Source of the DNA: the human T2T-CHM13v2.0 reference genome, Homo sapiens
DNA: 64,000 bases
Assembly: GCF_009914755.1 (NCBI RefSeq)
Contig: NC_060942.1
Direction: 5' to 3' (one strand)
Made by a program: the position numbers and the translations under genes. Under the pieces are notes generated by a model. It had not been told where the DNA came from, searched no databases, and saw only the letters and a program-made list of their open reading frames with translations. Below, piece after piece: positions 14,831 to 29,660 of this stretch (the stretch's first letter is position 1; each line of letters starts with the position of its first letter).

Positions 14831-15799
14831 TAGACCTTACCTAAAGCAGCACATTCAATCTAATCACTACACATACTCCAAGAAGCATATTTAGAATGAG
14901 CCTTAAAGGGGCGATTTGTAGAACAAACTAAATGAAAGCACTTATCAGAGACATAAGTTTGGAAGCAATTATAGGGAAAAACTGACCGCTTACTCTTTGG
15001 TAAGTCAGACGCATTAGGTAAGGTTGGAACAAAGGGGTGTCAGGACTCAGATAGCAAGTGTATTGCATTTTGAGGACAGAGGTGAGCTGCTCATTAAATC
15101 TACCTCTTGTTCTTCAGGATCCACTTTTATCAATGGTCTGACAATTCCATCAACTTCTTCAGCAATTACAAATCCTGTATAACAAATACAACACAGACAC
15201 TTCTCTCTGACAGTCTGGCTTGTTTGGGGCCAATTTACATTACTGAGGCTCTGGAGTCCAGGCTTTAGATACAACCAATCTCAAATGAGACCATTGGGTG
15301 ATTAGATTTCTTACAGAGCTTTTGTCTTACTGGTGCCCTGCTGAGATTAAATTCATCTGTGGGTTTCTAGGAAAGTTTAACATTAGAGAGGGCAGGCTGA
15401 TAAGTACTAATCAAGATCAAAGGTAAGTGATAGGTCAAGACAGAAACAAGAATATGGAGTGATTTGAAAGCACCTAAAGACAGGCACGGTTCTCCTACAA
15501 ACATAATAATAAACTTTTGTAATCAAAGGAAAAGACAAATTGCTAATTACAAAACTGCCGTTGCAAAGAGATGAAGCTCTCCGCTGCTTACTAGAATCAA
15601 TTGAAGCACACTCTCAAATACATGTCAGAACACTAATATCTCCACATAACTGTTGTCATGGTATATTTCACTCTTTAGGAAGTCCCTGAAGAATAGTGAT
15701 TAAACTATTATTACTGATGCAAACTAGGATAATATTTGAGTCTAGACTCTGGAATTGAATATGACCTGTTTTCTAAACCTGGATTTTGTAGCTGTAGGA

Positions 15800-16020
15800 C
15801 AGGGCTTCTGAATCACAATACTATTGAAATTTTGGACTGGATGATGCTTTGTTAGGCTATCCTGTGCATTGTAGGATGTTTAGTATCATCCATAACCTCT
15901 ATCCACTAGACACCAGTACCAGCCCCCTCTCCTGGCATCCAGTTGTGACAACCAAAAATTTCTCAAGACATTACCATATGTCTTCTGGGGGACAACATTG
16001 CCCTTGGTTCTGAATCACTT
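15800..16020. mobile_element. MER20 (hAT-Charlie) DNA transposon inside a MIR remnant
   Basis: CAGGGCTTCTGAA...CCTGTGCATTGTAGGATGTTTAG...GTGACAACCAAAAAT...TGAATCACT; near 8-bp TSD CTGTAGGA/TTCTAGGA. Confidence 0.85.
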
Positions 16021-17943
16021 TTCTAGGAACATGTTACGTATCATCTTAAATCTCAATGTCCTCCTCCATAAAATAGGAATAATAACATTGCCAACAACCA
16101 AGTTGTGGTCAGACTTCTAAATGTCTTAGAACTCAAAAGCAGCCTTGTGACTCTCCCAGTAGAAAAACAGAGGGGTAGTTGACTTGTCCACAGACTCACC
16201 AATTTTCAGTGTTGGACTTGGAACTCTAACCCAAGTAAGTGAAGAAAACAAAGAAAGGGAAAGATGAATTCTGGGATGTAAACAGAAAACCATTCTGATT
16301 ACAAGCCCTCTGGCACTCTAAGTGTGTCTACCCAGTAAACCATAACCTACCATTAAGGAATGACTGTGGACTGTTTAGTCTGAGAATTCCATCTCTTCAT
16401 GCAAATGTAAGAATTATCTTGGTTTACTTGCTATTTTATTCAGATAGCTGAATATTTGTCTAATTTTCACGTGTTCTGTTTTACATATGCAAAGGACAAT
16501 TTTGAGTAGAGTTAGAAGCCACAAACTAATGGGCCAAGTTGAAAAATATATTTGTGTTGTACAGTATGACACACTCTACAAATAGTTAAACAAAAAAATA
16601 AAACACAGAAAAGGAAAGACTATTTTGTGTTTCACAAGCTTGCAAAATTGTGTATTTTCTTCTCTTTTTAGATTTTTTGGGAAAAACTTGTCACTCACCG
16701 TGAAACTATGTATTCTACCATGAGGTTTCTCTAATTTAAACAGCCTATCTTTTACCAAACATTAAAGAAGCCATAAAGCAGGAACTTTGGAACTTCAAAT
16801 GAAGCTGTCAGAGATTCTTCCTGCCATCAGATGACTTGCAGCTGTGTGACTCATTTGTATCTTTATAAGAATTCAGAAAAAAAAAAAAAGATTATTAGTA
16901 TTTCAATTCCTGTCAACTGCTGAAGCTAACTAGGCCTGAAGATGTGCCTGGCTTCACTGTGCTGGCACTGAGATAAATGCAAAAATATAGGCAGCAATGT
17001 CGCAAGGACTTGCAAGAGGAAGGTGGGTGAAATGAAACATCATCGGTATTGAACGTCCTTATAATAAAAAAATACTAAGTGCATACAAGAATTGTCATGC
17101 TCAGCTTTGCTGCATACAGCATGTGGACAGACTGGCTATTGGCAGATCAGACCTGCTTCCCGTGAAGAAAGACCCGGGAAGATGAGACAGCACAACTTAG
17201 TACAGCAATAACATAGGTGTGTATTCTCATATCAGGTTCCTACATCCCTCCCCAATCTACCAGTCTAGCCCTGAGTCTCACTAAAGTCATGCCATTCTGA
17301 AGACAGAATTCTCAGATGTTTACACACTATTTATACTAAATGCCATTTCCTTAGTGGCTCCTTCGGCTGAGAATGGTCTTGCCCCCACCCGCCCTGCCTC
17401 TGTTACAAATTTCTTTTGAACCCTTCATAAGCAGATCATCTACACCACTGAGGAAGGAATCCTGGTTAATTTCAAAAGAGCACTTGCTCTTTCCTCTGTT
17501 CAAGGAGCTATAGCTGAAAAACAGTGCTGAATAGAACAATCACTTCCACAGAATAGGTTTCCAATTTTGTCATTTGATTAACTGAAAAATATATAAATCT
17601 TCAATATAGGAAGAGCCCATTTTTTTCCATACTAAGATTTAACATCTCTGAAGACCTGTAAAAAGAACACAATTTACATGATTTCCTTTCAAAAAGATTA
17701 TTGATTTCTCTTTATCTGGTCTTATTGTTGTTGAACAAATGCTGTCCTACCCCTTATCGCTTGATCCCAAACTTTTAGTTTCATTATATGAACTAATACA
17801 ATATTCCTCGTACTCATGGGGCAGTTTTATTTTTAAATATTTTTAAAACTAGAAAAAATAATCTAGAATCATATAATCATATTAGAAAAATTCTTATAAA
17901 CGTATACAAATTTTAAAATTTTTAGATACAGTTTCATTCTATA

Positions 17944-18365
17944 TATTTATTTATTTGTTGAGATAGGGTCTCGCTCTGTTACCCAGGCTAGAGTGCAATA
18001 GTACGATCATGGCTCACTGAAGTCTCAACTTCCTGGGCTCAAGCAATCCTCCTGCCTGAGTAGCTGGGACTACAGGAATGCACCACGAAATCCGGCTATT
18101 AAAAAAAAAAAAAAAGTAGAGACAGGGCCTTACTATGTTGCCCAGGCTGGTCTCGAACTCCTGGACTCAAGCAATCCTCCTGCCTGAGAAGCTGGGACTA
18201 ACGCATGCACCACCATATTCGACTATTAAAAAAAACAAAACAAAACTGTACAGACAGGGACTTACTATGTTGCCCAGACTGGTCTCGATCTCCTGGGCTC
18301 CGGCAATCCTCCTACCTAGGCTTCCCAGAATGCTGGGATTACAAGCATGAACTATTGCACCTGGC
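17944..18365 (-). mobile_element. AluJ with internal ~130-bp tandem duplication (trimeric Alu)
   Basis: GATCATGGCTCACTG and CTCAAGCAATCCTCC (AluJ); segment 18031-18158 is repeated at 18159-18290. Confidence 0.88.
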
Positions 18366-18592
18366 AATAGTTTTAGGTATTTGTGTAATGGGAATAGTTA
18401 CCAGGTAAACCAGATATATTTAACTTTTTTCTTTAAACGCTAAAATTATTTATAGTAACTAACAATAACTTAGTTATGTCAGTGGTTGGGAATAGAATTG
18501 ACTAGAACATAATTTCTTCATCCCCAACCCCTTTTGAAACTCTATAAAGATTTCAAGTTGGGTAGTATTAGAAAAAAAAAGTTTGTGTGTAA

Positions 18593-18985
<393 letters not shown>

Positions 18986-19544
18986 TGAGGGTAATGTCAG
19001 CCCTTCTCTGTTCAGTCATATATACATACAATTGTAAATGGAGATACATGGGATGAGATGCATATTGAATTTTTAGTACTTTATAGGATATAGAATAGAA
19101 AACAATCATAATAATTATTATTTTCACAGAGGGAAACTGAGGGTCTTATAATTTAAATGATTCACTTAAGGTAAAATCACTCAATAATGGCAATGGCTCT
19201 AGTTTCAATTTTACAGCGACTCCAAATTCCCACATACTGTAAACACTTGGTATGCTTACTAGTGCTGAGGTCTTCCAACAGCCCCATTTCACCATGCTGA
19301 ACACTCACTCTCAGTGGGCATTACCCTGAGAAAAGTTTCCTTCTGAGATAATGCTCACAGTTGCTTTATTCCTCAATATGATAACTGCAGTGCCAGATAC
19401 TAGTCAAGTGCTCTGGGCCCAGCCTGACAATTCCCTCAGTAACACTCTTTAATTTATCTAAGAGGTGGGATCTGGTTTAGCCAGAGTGGTCCGCACCAAG
19501 TCTGCCTTTAATTAAATGGTCTATGGACTCAAGCTGCCATTACT

Positions 19545-19789
19545 GACTGAAGATGGAGGCAGGCCAGAAGCCAGAAAATGCAGATGAGTGTAGGACCTGG
19601 AAAAGACAAAGAATGAGATTCTACCCTGGAGCCTCTAGAACAGATCACATCCCTGCTGACATCCCGATTTCAAACCAGTGAGACCTGTGTCAGACCTCTC
19701 ACTTACAAAACTGTAAGGTAATAAATTTGCATTGTTTCACACTGTGAAGTTCCGGTAATTTGTGACAGAAGCAATAGAAAACTTAAACA
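19545..19789 (+). mobile_element. MLT1C/D LTR 3' portion
   Basis: GAAGATGGAGG...GATTCTACCCTGGAGCCTCTAG...AACTGTAAGGTAATAAATTTG...AGCAATAGAAAACTTAAACA. Confidence 0.8.
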
Positions 19790-21149
19790 GTAACATTATA
19801 GGCTGAGCAGTGGTCTTGTCTGTGAAACATCTTTTATGGCCTACGCTCTTTTTGTTCACTTAAAGGCTAGCTAATTTCCCACAATAGGGCACTCTACACT
19901 GCCCTCTCCATTTGCCATAGAACCATCTCTCATGACAGCTGAGGGAAAGTCTAGGTGTCAGAGGCCATATTCAGAAAGCTAGACTGCCTGCCTTGTTGCC
20001 TAGCCAACAACTCTGGTATCCTCAGCTGCTAATATTCTGCCACTAAATCTACTTTAAAAAACATAAAAAGAAAAATAGCGGCACACTAAGGAAAATAAAT
20101 GTTTAGATGAATTCACGTGCTTTCCACTAGAGAGGATAATAATAAATCTGCTGGGCAGTACAAATTGCCCTCCAAGTTTAGAGTCACCTCGTCATTCTCA
20201 GGGAGATCAGTGGAATTAATGGTTAAACATGTTAATACAATAATGGAATGTCCTTAACCATTTCTAGAGGAGGAAGAAGAGGGGTGTACCGGATGCTTAT
20301 TTTATGGCAATTTATGTCAGTGTAAAAGTTATAAAGATTGCCAGAAAGTAAAGGAGCATGATGTAGAATCACTGGAGAAACTGTAAAATCAATATCTCTA
20401 GGGTTTTCAACACTGTACTTGGCAGGTCCTTTCAAATCCATTGCCTGCATGATATTTTATGTGTGTAACTGGCAACAGTGATGGCAGATGATGTTCAACT
20501 CATGGAGTTGGCACCAAATCAATCATCAAAAACGAAAATGCATATGTCTCTCTGCATTTTCTATCTGCTTTCTCAGATGCCACGTCAGATTAGATACTAA
20601 ACCCAAAAGAAACTTATCCACAGCAAAGGCTGATATGAAGGGCTCTAAAAGTATGTAAATAGATGGAAAAATGCAACTAGCACCATACATTTTCCTTGGT
20701 TAGAAAACAGCAATTTATTCAAATAGCTGGAAAATGGGTTTTAGCTTTGAGACACTATTCTAATCCCATTATATTGTCACATATGAAATAGTTAAATCCT
20801 TTTGGTAAAAATGTGAGAAAATGGAAATTCATATGGTTATGAATATAAATTGAAAAATTATGTGTAAATATTGGTAACTCTAACTTAATTTCAATTGAGC
20901 ATAATCCAACCCACTGTAGGCAACTAAGCAACTAAGCACAGGCTTCCTAGAGTTTCTACATGTCCCTATGGCTTCCCAATAAACCCTTGAAGACTACCAT
21001 TTTGATGCTGCAAATTGACATTATTGGTGATAACTGGCTTGTATGTAACTCCCTAACTCATCCAGTAGTTGTATAAACCTCTAATTACATACATTAAAAT
21101 AATAGTAATTGCTTTTGCCTTACATAGTATGTCATATGGAAAGTTGTTT

Positions 21150-23240
21150 TCCAGAAAACAGAATCTCAGAAATAAAAATCTGGAATAGGGGCTTTGTTCA
21201 GATTAGATTTGAAGTCAGATCAGATTTGAAATCAGAAATGGATATTTGCCTATGTAAAATGTCACCATGATGGTCAATTGCAATGACGAAATAATTTTCA
21301 TTACCACATGTAGGTGTCTGAAGCCAAGCATCTCTAGAAGGCAAGGCAATGGCAGCAAAGTTACTGATGGCATAGAACACTTTTGTGGAAATGTGACCAC
21401 ATCTGAGTCCAAGGACTGTAGAGCAGATTGTCTTAAAAAGCTTAGAGAAAGAACATGACATATGCATGGATTTAAAATGATAGGGCCAAGGCTTGGTCAG
21501 AAGAACAGAGAGTTTTCTTTCTTTGATTTGAAAGGATCTCTTCTTAAAGCCTTAAGGTTGACATTTCTGAATATCACAACCAATATTTGGTCTTGCTGAT
21601 GGCTAAGTTACAAGATATGTTGAAGTCAAAGATATATCAGATGTCTTACATCAAAAGTACAGTACTAATCAAGAAAGGTTGGGATTCTGATAATCGGAAT
21701 GGGGCACTTGGATAGAGTCCAATGAGTTTGAGTACTTAGAAAGCCAAAATGCTATGGGGCTACATATAATACCTTACCAGCAAAGTAGCTCTTCTTTCCC
21801 TATCTGTAATAGTCAGCCTCTCCCTGCCTGAAGACTTGTGTTATATAGGGCTGAGGAAATTGCCTTGCAGTGGTGTTTCCATTATTCTCAAGACCCACCA
21901 GATCTATTGTACTGCTATGTTGATTTATCTCCCTGCAGAACCCAGTAGATATGCCTTTTGCTTCCCAAGAATCTCTTGTAATCAACACTGTGATGCAGAA
22001 AATTAGTATCATTGGCAACAGCTTCCCCGATGTTCAATCTCCCTACTCTTCCAATGTTTGTACAAACCTCTCATTCTCTGTATTAAAATATACACAAAGT
22101 CTGACCCAGAAAGAAACATCTTTTCAGCCGGGCTCAGTGGGTCACACCTGTAATCCCAGCACTTTGGGAGACCGAGGCGGGTACATGAGGTCAAGAGATT
22201 GAGACCATCCTGGCCAACATGGTGAAATCTCTTCTCTACTAAAAATACAAAAATTAGCCTGGCATGGTGGCGTGCACCTGTAGTCCTAGCTACTCAGGAG
22301 GCTGATGCAGAAGAATTGCCTGAACACGGGAGGCAGAGCTTGCAGTGAGCTGAGATTGCACCACTGCACTCCAGCCTGGGCGACAGAACGAAAATCTGTC
22401 CAAAAAAAAAAAAAAAACCACCATCAAAGTTATATATATAAAAGATATATTATATAAATATATAATATATAAAATATTAAAATGTATATGTAAATATATA
22501 TAAATGTGTGTTTGTGGAAGTGTATAAAATCACAAGAATAAATCTGTCTATATAGGTAGACAGAAACTTCCTGAATACTTGTGGGGATTGATCCTGAAGG
22601 TGTACAACTAAGAATAATAAAACTCTCAGATAGATTAGGATGAATGTGTCAATATGGGTGCACTTATCAAGGATTCAGGATTCAGTGATTTGGCCTAAGC
22701 AGTGTGAGGTTTTCAAACATTTTCTTGGTTGGTTTTCTAAAATTTAACTCATAATCTCTAACAACAATTATAGTTAGAATGTTAGTATTTCCTTTTCATT
22801 TTATGATATGAGGAATGAGGAACATAAACCCTCAGGAAGGGAATGTTTGATTGAATTTGTTGCACGTGGCTTGCTTATTCATTCCCAAATACATATTTGG
22901 GAAAGACAAAGAATACATGCCCTTCACCAAAGCATTGAGAAACATTGTTGAGGAGAGCACAAGCACCTCCAAATACACTCCAAATAGCTCTGCAGAGGCT
23001 GGCCTCTGAAAGCCAGGGAAGTTAGTAAGAGATGTCACTATTAAATGGATTTCCTGATTTCTTGAACCCAGAAGTTTAGAGTTTGACGGGAGCTCTGAAA
23101 TGCTGGAAGCAACGTGTGTCTTGCCACTGTAATGGGAAGTACAACTGTAACAGAGCTCAAAAGGACTTAATCACAGAAATATTTTGATGGGACTAATTGA
23201 CTGCGGTGTTTCTAATACTGAAATACACCTCTAGGCCAGT
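21150..23240 (+). mobile_element. ERV-L internal (gag) fossil, interrupted by an AluSc
   Basis: 22561-22695 translates to QKLPEYLWGLILKVYN*...D*DECVNMGALIKDSGFSDLA, resembling ERV-L gag WEWILRVWD...DQAEFIDMGPLSRDS; GGGATTCTGATAATCGGAATGGGG at ~21680 resembles WDPxxWNG; boundaries approximate. Confidence 0.65.
22126..22416 (+). mobile_element. AluSc-like SINE, followed by an AT-rich low-complexity tract (22430-22505)
   Basis: GAGGTCAAGAGATTGAGACCATCCTGGCCAACATGG diagnostic; poly-A tail. Confidence 0.93.
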
Positions 23241-23599
23241 GAATAGTCGTATTTCTACAATAGGCTCACCATCCTTTATTCAAACTCAGTCCCGAGTTTG
23301 TTCGCAAAGCCAGAAACATTTAAATAAGCAGATGTCATAATTACCTTGAGAAAAATGACCCCACAGTGCTGCCACAGCTACAAAATTATTCCTTATCTTT
23401 TCTGAAATGGATTTGTAGTCATTGAGTAGGATGACGGCACTGAAGAAAAGGAAATTTTCAAAGTTTCCAGAAATTACTGGGTACTGAATTTGAATTAAAG
23501 ATAGTTTCTGGGGACACAAAAATGCACCGTGATATACCAGTTAGATAAAAGCAATGGAGGTCAAGAGAGAATTAATCTTTTCAATTTGCTTTTCTTTAA

Positions 23600-23925
23600 A
23601 CATATGGTAGAAATGTATTTCTCTACACTCTTGAAGGTAGGCATAGCATGTGGTCTGCTTTAGCCAAGGATATGTAAGTTGTAGTAATGTGTGTCCCTTC
23701 TGGGTAGGCAACTTCAAGAGACAATGTATTATCAGCTATGTTTCTTCCCATGCCATAGTGACATGCAACAATCCAGATGATGTTTCCTGTATTAGCCTTA
23801 GTCCCAAAGCAAGGGATCACGAAGCAGGCCTCCCACTTACTAGAGATGGAGATGTATCATGGTGAACACACAAAGTTTTCTTACTTTAAGTCACTAAGCT
23901 TTTTTGTTAATGTAGGATAACTAGC
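23600..23925 (+). mobile_element. MLT1J-like MaLR LTR
   Basis: CTTGAAGGTAGGCATAGCATGTGGTCTGCTTTAGCCAAGGATATGT...GTGTGTCCCTTCTGGG. Confidence 0.65.
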
Positions 23926-26900
23926 TCTGTTGTATGAGCTATGAGACTATGAGATATGATTTAATCACTAAAAAAAGAACAATAGATATGCATACTAAGA
24001 CAGCTCTCCAAGGGAAATTAAGTTAAAAAGTAAACAAAAATCTATATGAACAAATGGATCCTTTTACTGTTAAAGCAAGTGAACATACAAAAAAAAAAAA
24101 AAACACAAAGTACAATAACACAAAGACTTTTTTGCAACATTTATTTATATAAAATATGTAACTGCATACTAAAAAGGTCCAGAAGCTCGTGCAACTAATT
24201 TATAATACTGACTACCACTATGGAGAAGAGTGAAGCTTCAGGGGATAGGAACAGGTGGATGCAGTGTGAAAAAGATTTTTGCTTTTCATTCTGTATATTT
24301 ATGTAGTGATTGTTTGATAATAGAAAAATATACTTTACATGACTTTTAAAATTAAAAAAAGTACAAACAGAAAGATAAGATTGGCGGAGAGGATTTTTGG
24401 CATTCATGAAAAACATGAATAAAACCAAGAAAAGCAAAAGAATAACCAGTTGTAAAAGTGCATTTTTTTCTCCTTTGGTCTCTTACATGGGGCAGGTTAT
24501 TAAAGATGAGGTAAATCATAGATGGTCATACGACCCAAGCATTCATATAAAAATAGAGGGGTAGTAATAGAAAAGTTCCAATTGCTATAGTTTCTTTGAA
24601 CAAACTTGGTGTCAATTTTTTTATTCCATGCTACAGCAACATGCCCCTCACAAGAGAGCTTGGCTCTATTCTGGTCTGTTTCTTTCTCTGTATTTCATAC
24701 AACAAGGTGTGTTTCTATTCTCACTTGGAAAAGTCTAACTCCCTTGTTATCAGTGAAAGATTGTGTTTGGCTACATGGAACAGAAACACAATTACAGTGT
24801 CTTAACCAAAGAGGAGTTATATTTTATTACCACAATGGGAACGCTGGAGGTGAGCAGTGTAAGCCTAGTACAGTCGCTTGAGTAGATCGTCAAGAAAGCA
24901 GCTACTTCCAGCTTCCTTCTCTGCTGTCTGAAGCATGTAGCTTTTGTATGAGTATTTGTATCTGAGTAGTTTCCCACCTAAGTGGTTTGCTTTACTTCTA
25001 GAATCACAAAGCTTTTTAAGCAAGAACAACACAGCCATAAAAAGCAAATAGAATTTTTTACTAGAATTTTTTTTAATTTATGGAAATATCCAGTATATTT
25101 TCCATTTCCATCTCTTTAGTTATATTTATGTCAAATGTTCTCCACCCCATCATTACAAGGAAGGAAATTGTAGTTCCTGTAAATAATGCTGAAAATGATG
25201 AGGTCTGTGGTCTGTTATAAAGAAAAGAGAGAATTAGCATTGGGTAGCAACCTAGCAGTTGAGCTTTGGTGCAACTTCAGAGATAAAGCCTTCCCAACTT
25301 ATTGCAGTATCTATTGATTGTATTCTCTTGATAAATCCTGAACCAATTACTATTTGTAGCTCACATTTTGTAAATTATTGGATATCAGAAGGCTTTGCTA
25401 CTTGAATTTATTTACTGCTTTTTAAAAATCTTCTAGAGAACAGGGATCACACCTGTTACCTTCGTGTCTAAATAAGTGGATAGTTCTCAGCACAGGAAAG
25501 TGAATAAATACATTTGTTTACATGATCTGATGGATGTCTAAGGCAGAATAAGTATTTGAGGAAATTTTCCAAATGATAAAATCCAAGCTTACTGGGTAAG
25601 TTAGATTTAGAGATGTTAAACAGCATTTTTATGTTGTGTATACTATTAAAATATATCAGATTGTTTTATGAATGACTCCCTTTCTGACACTCTCTGATGA
25701 CCTCCAGAGACTAAAATTGTAAGCATGAGTAGCAAAAATGGGGGAAAATGCATTCTATGATGACAATTTAATCCCATATGTCTAGTCACTGAATGATACA
25801 TGGAACTAGAGAGTACATTGGCTAAGAAATACTTAGAAGAATTCAGAATAAATGTTCGTGAAACGTATACTCAAGTAAGGAAATAGCATATTAAGATAAA
25901 AAGACATGATAATAGAATTATAGACAACACACTTCCCCCCCGATCTTCCCCTCCCAAAAGCTTTGTTACTTAGAGGGATACAAAAACTACAATATAGACT
26001 CATCTCCTATGTGTCAGCTAATTACCTGTGGTTTCAACCTTCACTTGGGAGTCTGGGAAGTGAAATTTGATGGTATATACATTTTTCTGCTCCATAAAGT
26101 TCTTCAGAAACATTCAGGCTATACCTCAATAACAAAAAAAGTAAGGCTCCTGAGCAAGTCACGCTGGCCACAACATGTAACTCCTTTGTTTTAGAATCCT
26201 TTAGAAGAATTGTTTACACAAAGATTTAAACTCTCTCTCTCTCAGTAGACTTCCCATTTCTGCTCTCTATTCCTTTTATTTTGATAAAGTTTTTGGTGAT
26301 GGCAGCTTAAATGTGACAAAGGAGGAAGCGGGGGAGGAGGTCAATTTTCCCTCCTTTTCTTGATTATTCATTTTCTATCCAAGATAAAACTAAATGTGTC
26401 AGTCTGAGCTAGTACCAATGCTGGGGTAGGAAAACAAGACATAGACTTGAAGTCCTTAGGTAAGTGGACTATATCAGAAAAGTACTACTTTCCTGATTGC
26501 TACATTATGTAAGGAACACTTGGTTTATGAGAGACTTCGATTACCCAAATGATCATGCTTCATTGAGAGCAGTGGTTTCCAAATGATTTTTTTTATTGTT
26601 ATGGAAAAATTCAAATAAATAAAATGTTGTATAGCAACTCCATATTTAAAACTGGAAAAGCAGATCTCCTCTACTTGGAGTAGAGAAAATCAAAGTCCAC
26701 CTGCTGCCAGCTCTTCTCAAGAACAGCTTCCTTTACTCTGGCAGACAATGAGTAAGGTATAATTTGCCAAGTATAATTCTGGTTTATGCCTGTGGGCCTA
26801 GTGAATTTATAAACAGTGACTGATATCACTTTCAAAAATGACCTAGTATAGACAATAAATTATATGCTTATACTACCTATGAGATATCTTAAGGAAAACT

Positions 26901-28469
26901 TGTTACTTAAGGAGCCATCTAGAACAGCACTAAGTCAAAGCATTGAAATAGCTATGATTTAACTGATACATATAAAGAAATAACTTTAGCTTTATTTTAG
27001 CATTTTATATTCTTGTTGCAGGGAGATCTGGTGAGTCAAGTCATAACATGGTATAATGTTTGCCAACTGCTTTAAACATGTGAATGTCAAGTATTTGGAA
27101 TTTGTAATGAGTGAAATATTAGACATAAAGATTGGTGTCCTTGGGTACAATAGTGCCTCTTCTGATCATAACTTTTGTGAAATTGGGGAGTACTTTGCAA
27201 ACCTGACCTCAATCTCCTGTCCTGTAAGATGATGGGGTAGTATGTAAAAATATTCTCCATCTCTAATCTTTTATTTAACGAGACTAGTCATATTCTTACT
27301 TAAGAAATCCATTCTCTTCCACTTGTTGGCACAATAAGCTTCCACCTGTGTAGGTGGATTTCAGGAATAGCTTGTAGCACTTGGCAGCTCTACTCACAGT
27401 AACTTATTTTCACAGATAAGGAGCAAAGAATTGATAGGAGAGAACAGTCCCCCATGAAGTTTTCTTCAATAATAATTAACTTGGGTGTTGAATGTTGCCA
27501 ATGGGATTACTTTGAGAACAGAGCTATTTTTGCCAAACACTTATTTCACTTGGATAGACTCTGAAAATCCATGTACTATTGAATATAGTTAACGTTTCTC
27601 TAAATGTTTCTGAAATGTACAGATGGTGTACTCCAATGAAGGTACATTACTCTGGAAAATACTGCCCCCAAATAACCACTTTTCTTAGGCAATGGCACAA
27701 TATAAGCACATTAGAAAAACAAATATGAGAATAGCTTTACATAAATCTAATCTGGTTTCCAACATGAAGGGCCATTACATTTATAACTGTAGTTTCTCTT
27801 TCAATAAAATCCCAGCCCATGAGATTTAAAACTGGAGGTATACTTCCAAGGATAGTCCCTTAGTCAAAAGTTAACCCTAAATATTTATGTATATTGAAGA
27901 ATCTATAAATCTAATCCCAAAATTGAGAAAAGAATTGAATCCCCAGGTCTTTGAAGCATATCAAGTGCCTGATATCTGGATGTCATTTTATAAACATGGA
28001 TCTAAAATTAGAGCAGACATCCTCAAGAAATAATTTTCAGGGACACCATTGAAAGGATGTGGTGAGGTGTGTGGGAATATTTTCAACTAGTAGTGCGCTT
28101 TACAATCCAATGAATGCTATTAAAATCATTTTGCTTGGAGGTTGAGAATATCTTCTGTAGTAGTTTGAAGAGGTCATTATAAGACCTTCTGAAAATTGTG
28201 CAGAACAATTACTAGAGGAAAGTAGGAATAAAACTACTTTTAACTGCAGCAAAATATCACAGTTTGCACACATATTTATGGTTACTCAGATTTTCAGTCC
28301 CAGGACATAAGAATGAAAAAAATCTTGGAGAGAGAAGTAGACAATTCCTTCTAAATATTTTTTATTATATTCCACTTTTATTTATTTGTGCTTTTATGTG
28401 GTCACCACCTATTCGAAACATAGCATTGGCTTACATGTGTTAGATATGCAGGAGAAGGTGATGGTAGGA

Positions 28470-28850
28470 ACTCTCAACCAGTCAGAATAGGCAAAATTAG
28501 GCTGTAGTCACTAAAATTTTCACATCTTAAAGTTTTACAGCAACACATTTTTACTCTTGCTTGTCTACAGGTCTATTGTGGTTTGACTAGAATCTGCTCT
28601 ACCTCTCCTCACTCTGACACCCCATCTACCAAACAGCCACTACTTCAAAAGACGTCCAATAGAAAGAGTGTTCTGGAGGGTTTTAAACTACTACTTAAAT
28701 GCTCTGGCTTAGAAGGAACAAACATCACAGCTGTTCAAAGCCCACTGGCTAGCCACATGGCCTTACCCAACTACACACTATCCAGAAAGTATCTTTTAAA
28801 CATATAATCGGATGAGAGAGAACAGAAAATATTTGATACACAGCATTAAT
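28470..28850 (-). mobile_element. Old MLT1 (K/L-like) LTR remnant
   Basis: CTTAAATGCTCTGGCTTAGAAGG...CATCAC...CCCACTGGCTAGCCACATGGCC. Confidence 0.5.
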
Positions 28851-29608
28851 TTTTTTCCCGAAGTTTATTCTTCTGGCCACACAATATTCAAATTACACTC
28901 CCTCTTCAGACAAATATATATTTACCAGCTCCTCAAGGGGGACAATCCTAAAGGTCTTGTCCAGGCCATCAAGATCAAAATCCAAGGTCTTAAGGAATGT
29001 GGCTTAATATATCAGAAGCTTATAGGTGAGTATTTAATCATATTCACCTGAAATGCTTTTTGATTAGGAAACCTATGTATCTGAAAGACATGTTAACAGT
29101 CTCATTAGTGTACAAACGTTAATGAAACAGGAATAAACTAATCACAGAAACATTGTCATTCAGAAGGGAAAAGCATAAGACTGCCTCTGGTTTGCAGCAA
29201 TTCCAAAATCCTCTTGGCAGATATAGTGAGGGCTTTGCTCCATGAGTGGGAAATATTTGATTAGGCCCTGAATCAGCTTGATCGGACGATTACCCAGGCC
29301 ACTATTCTACATGGCTCTGGGCTCCACTCTGGGAGGATCTTCCTTTTTCTTTATCCACTCACGCAGCGGAAATGGGTTTGACAATGTTGCCTTTCTAGAG
29401 GTTTCAGTTGCTTTCTCAGGCTGTGTTTTGCCCAAAGATAGTGGGCAGCCCAAGAGTTGCTTTAAATCACAAACAGTTGATGTGATTTTTAGTTCAGGAT
29501 AGTAGTTGTTTGGAAGCGCAACTCTCTGAGAAACTTAGTTATTCTCTCATCTATTTAGCTACAGCAAACTTCATGTGACAAAAGCCACACCCATAACTTT
29601 TTTCCTCT

Positions 29609-29624
29609 AGATAGACAGATAGAT

Positions 29625-29660
<36 letters not shown>

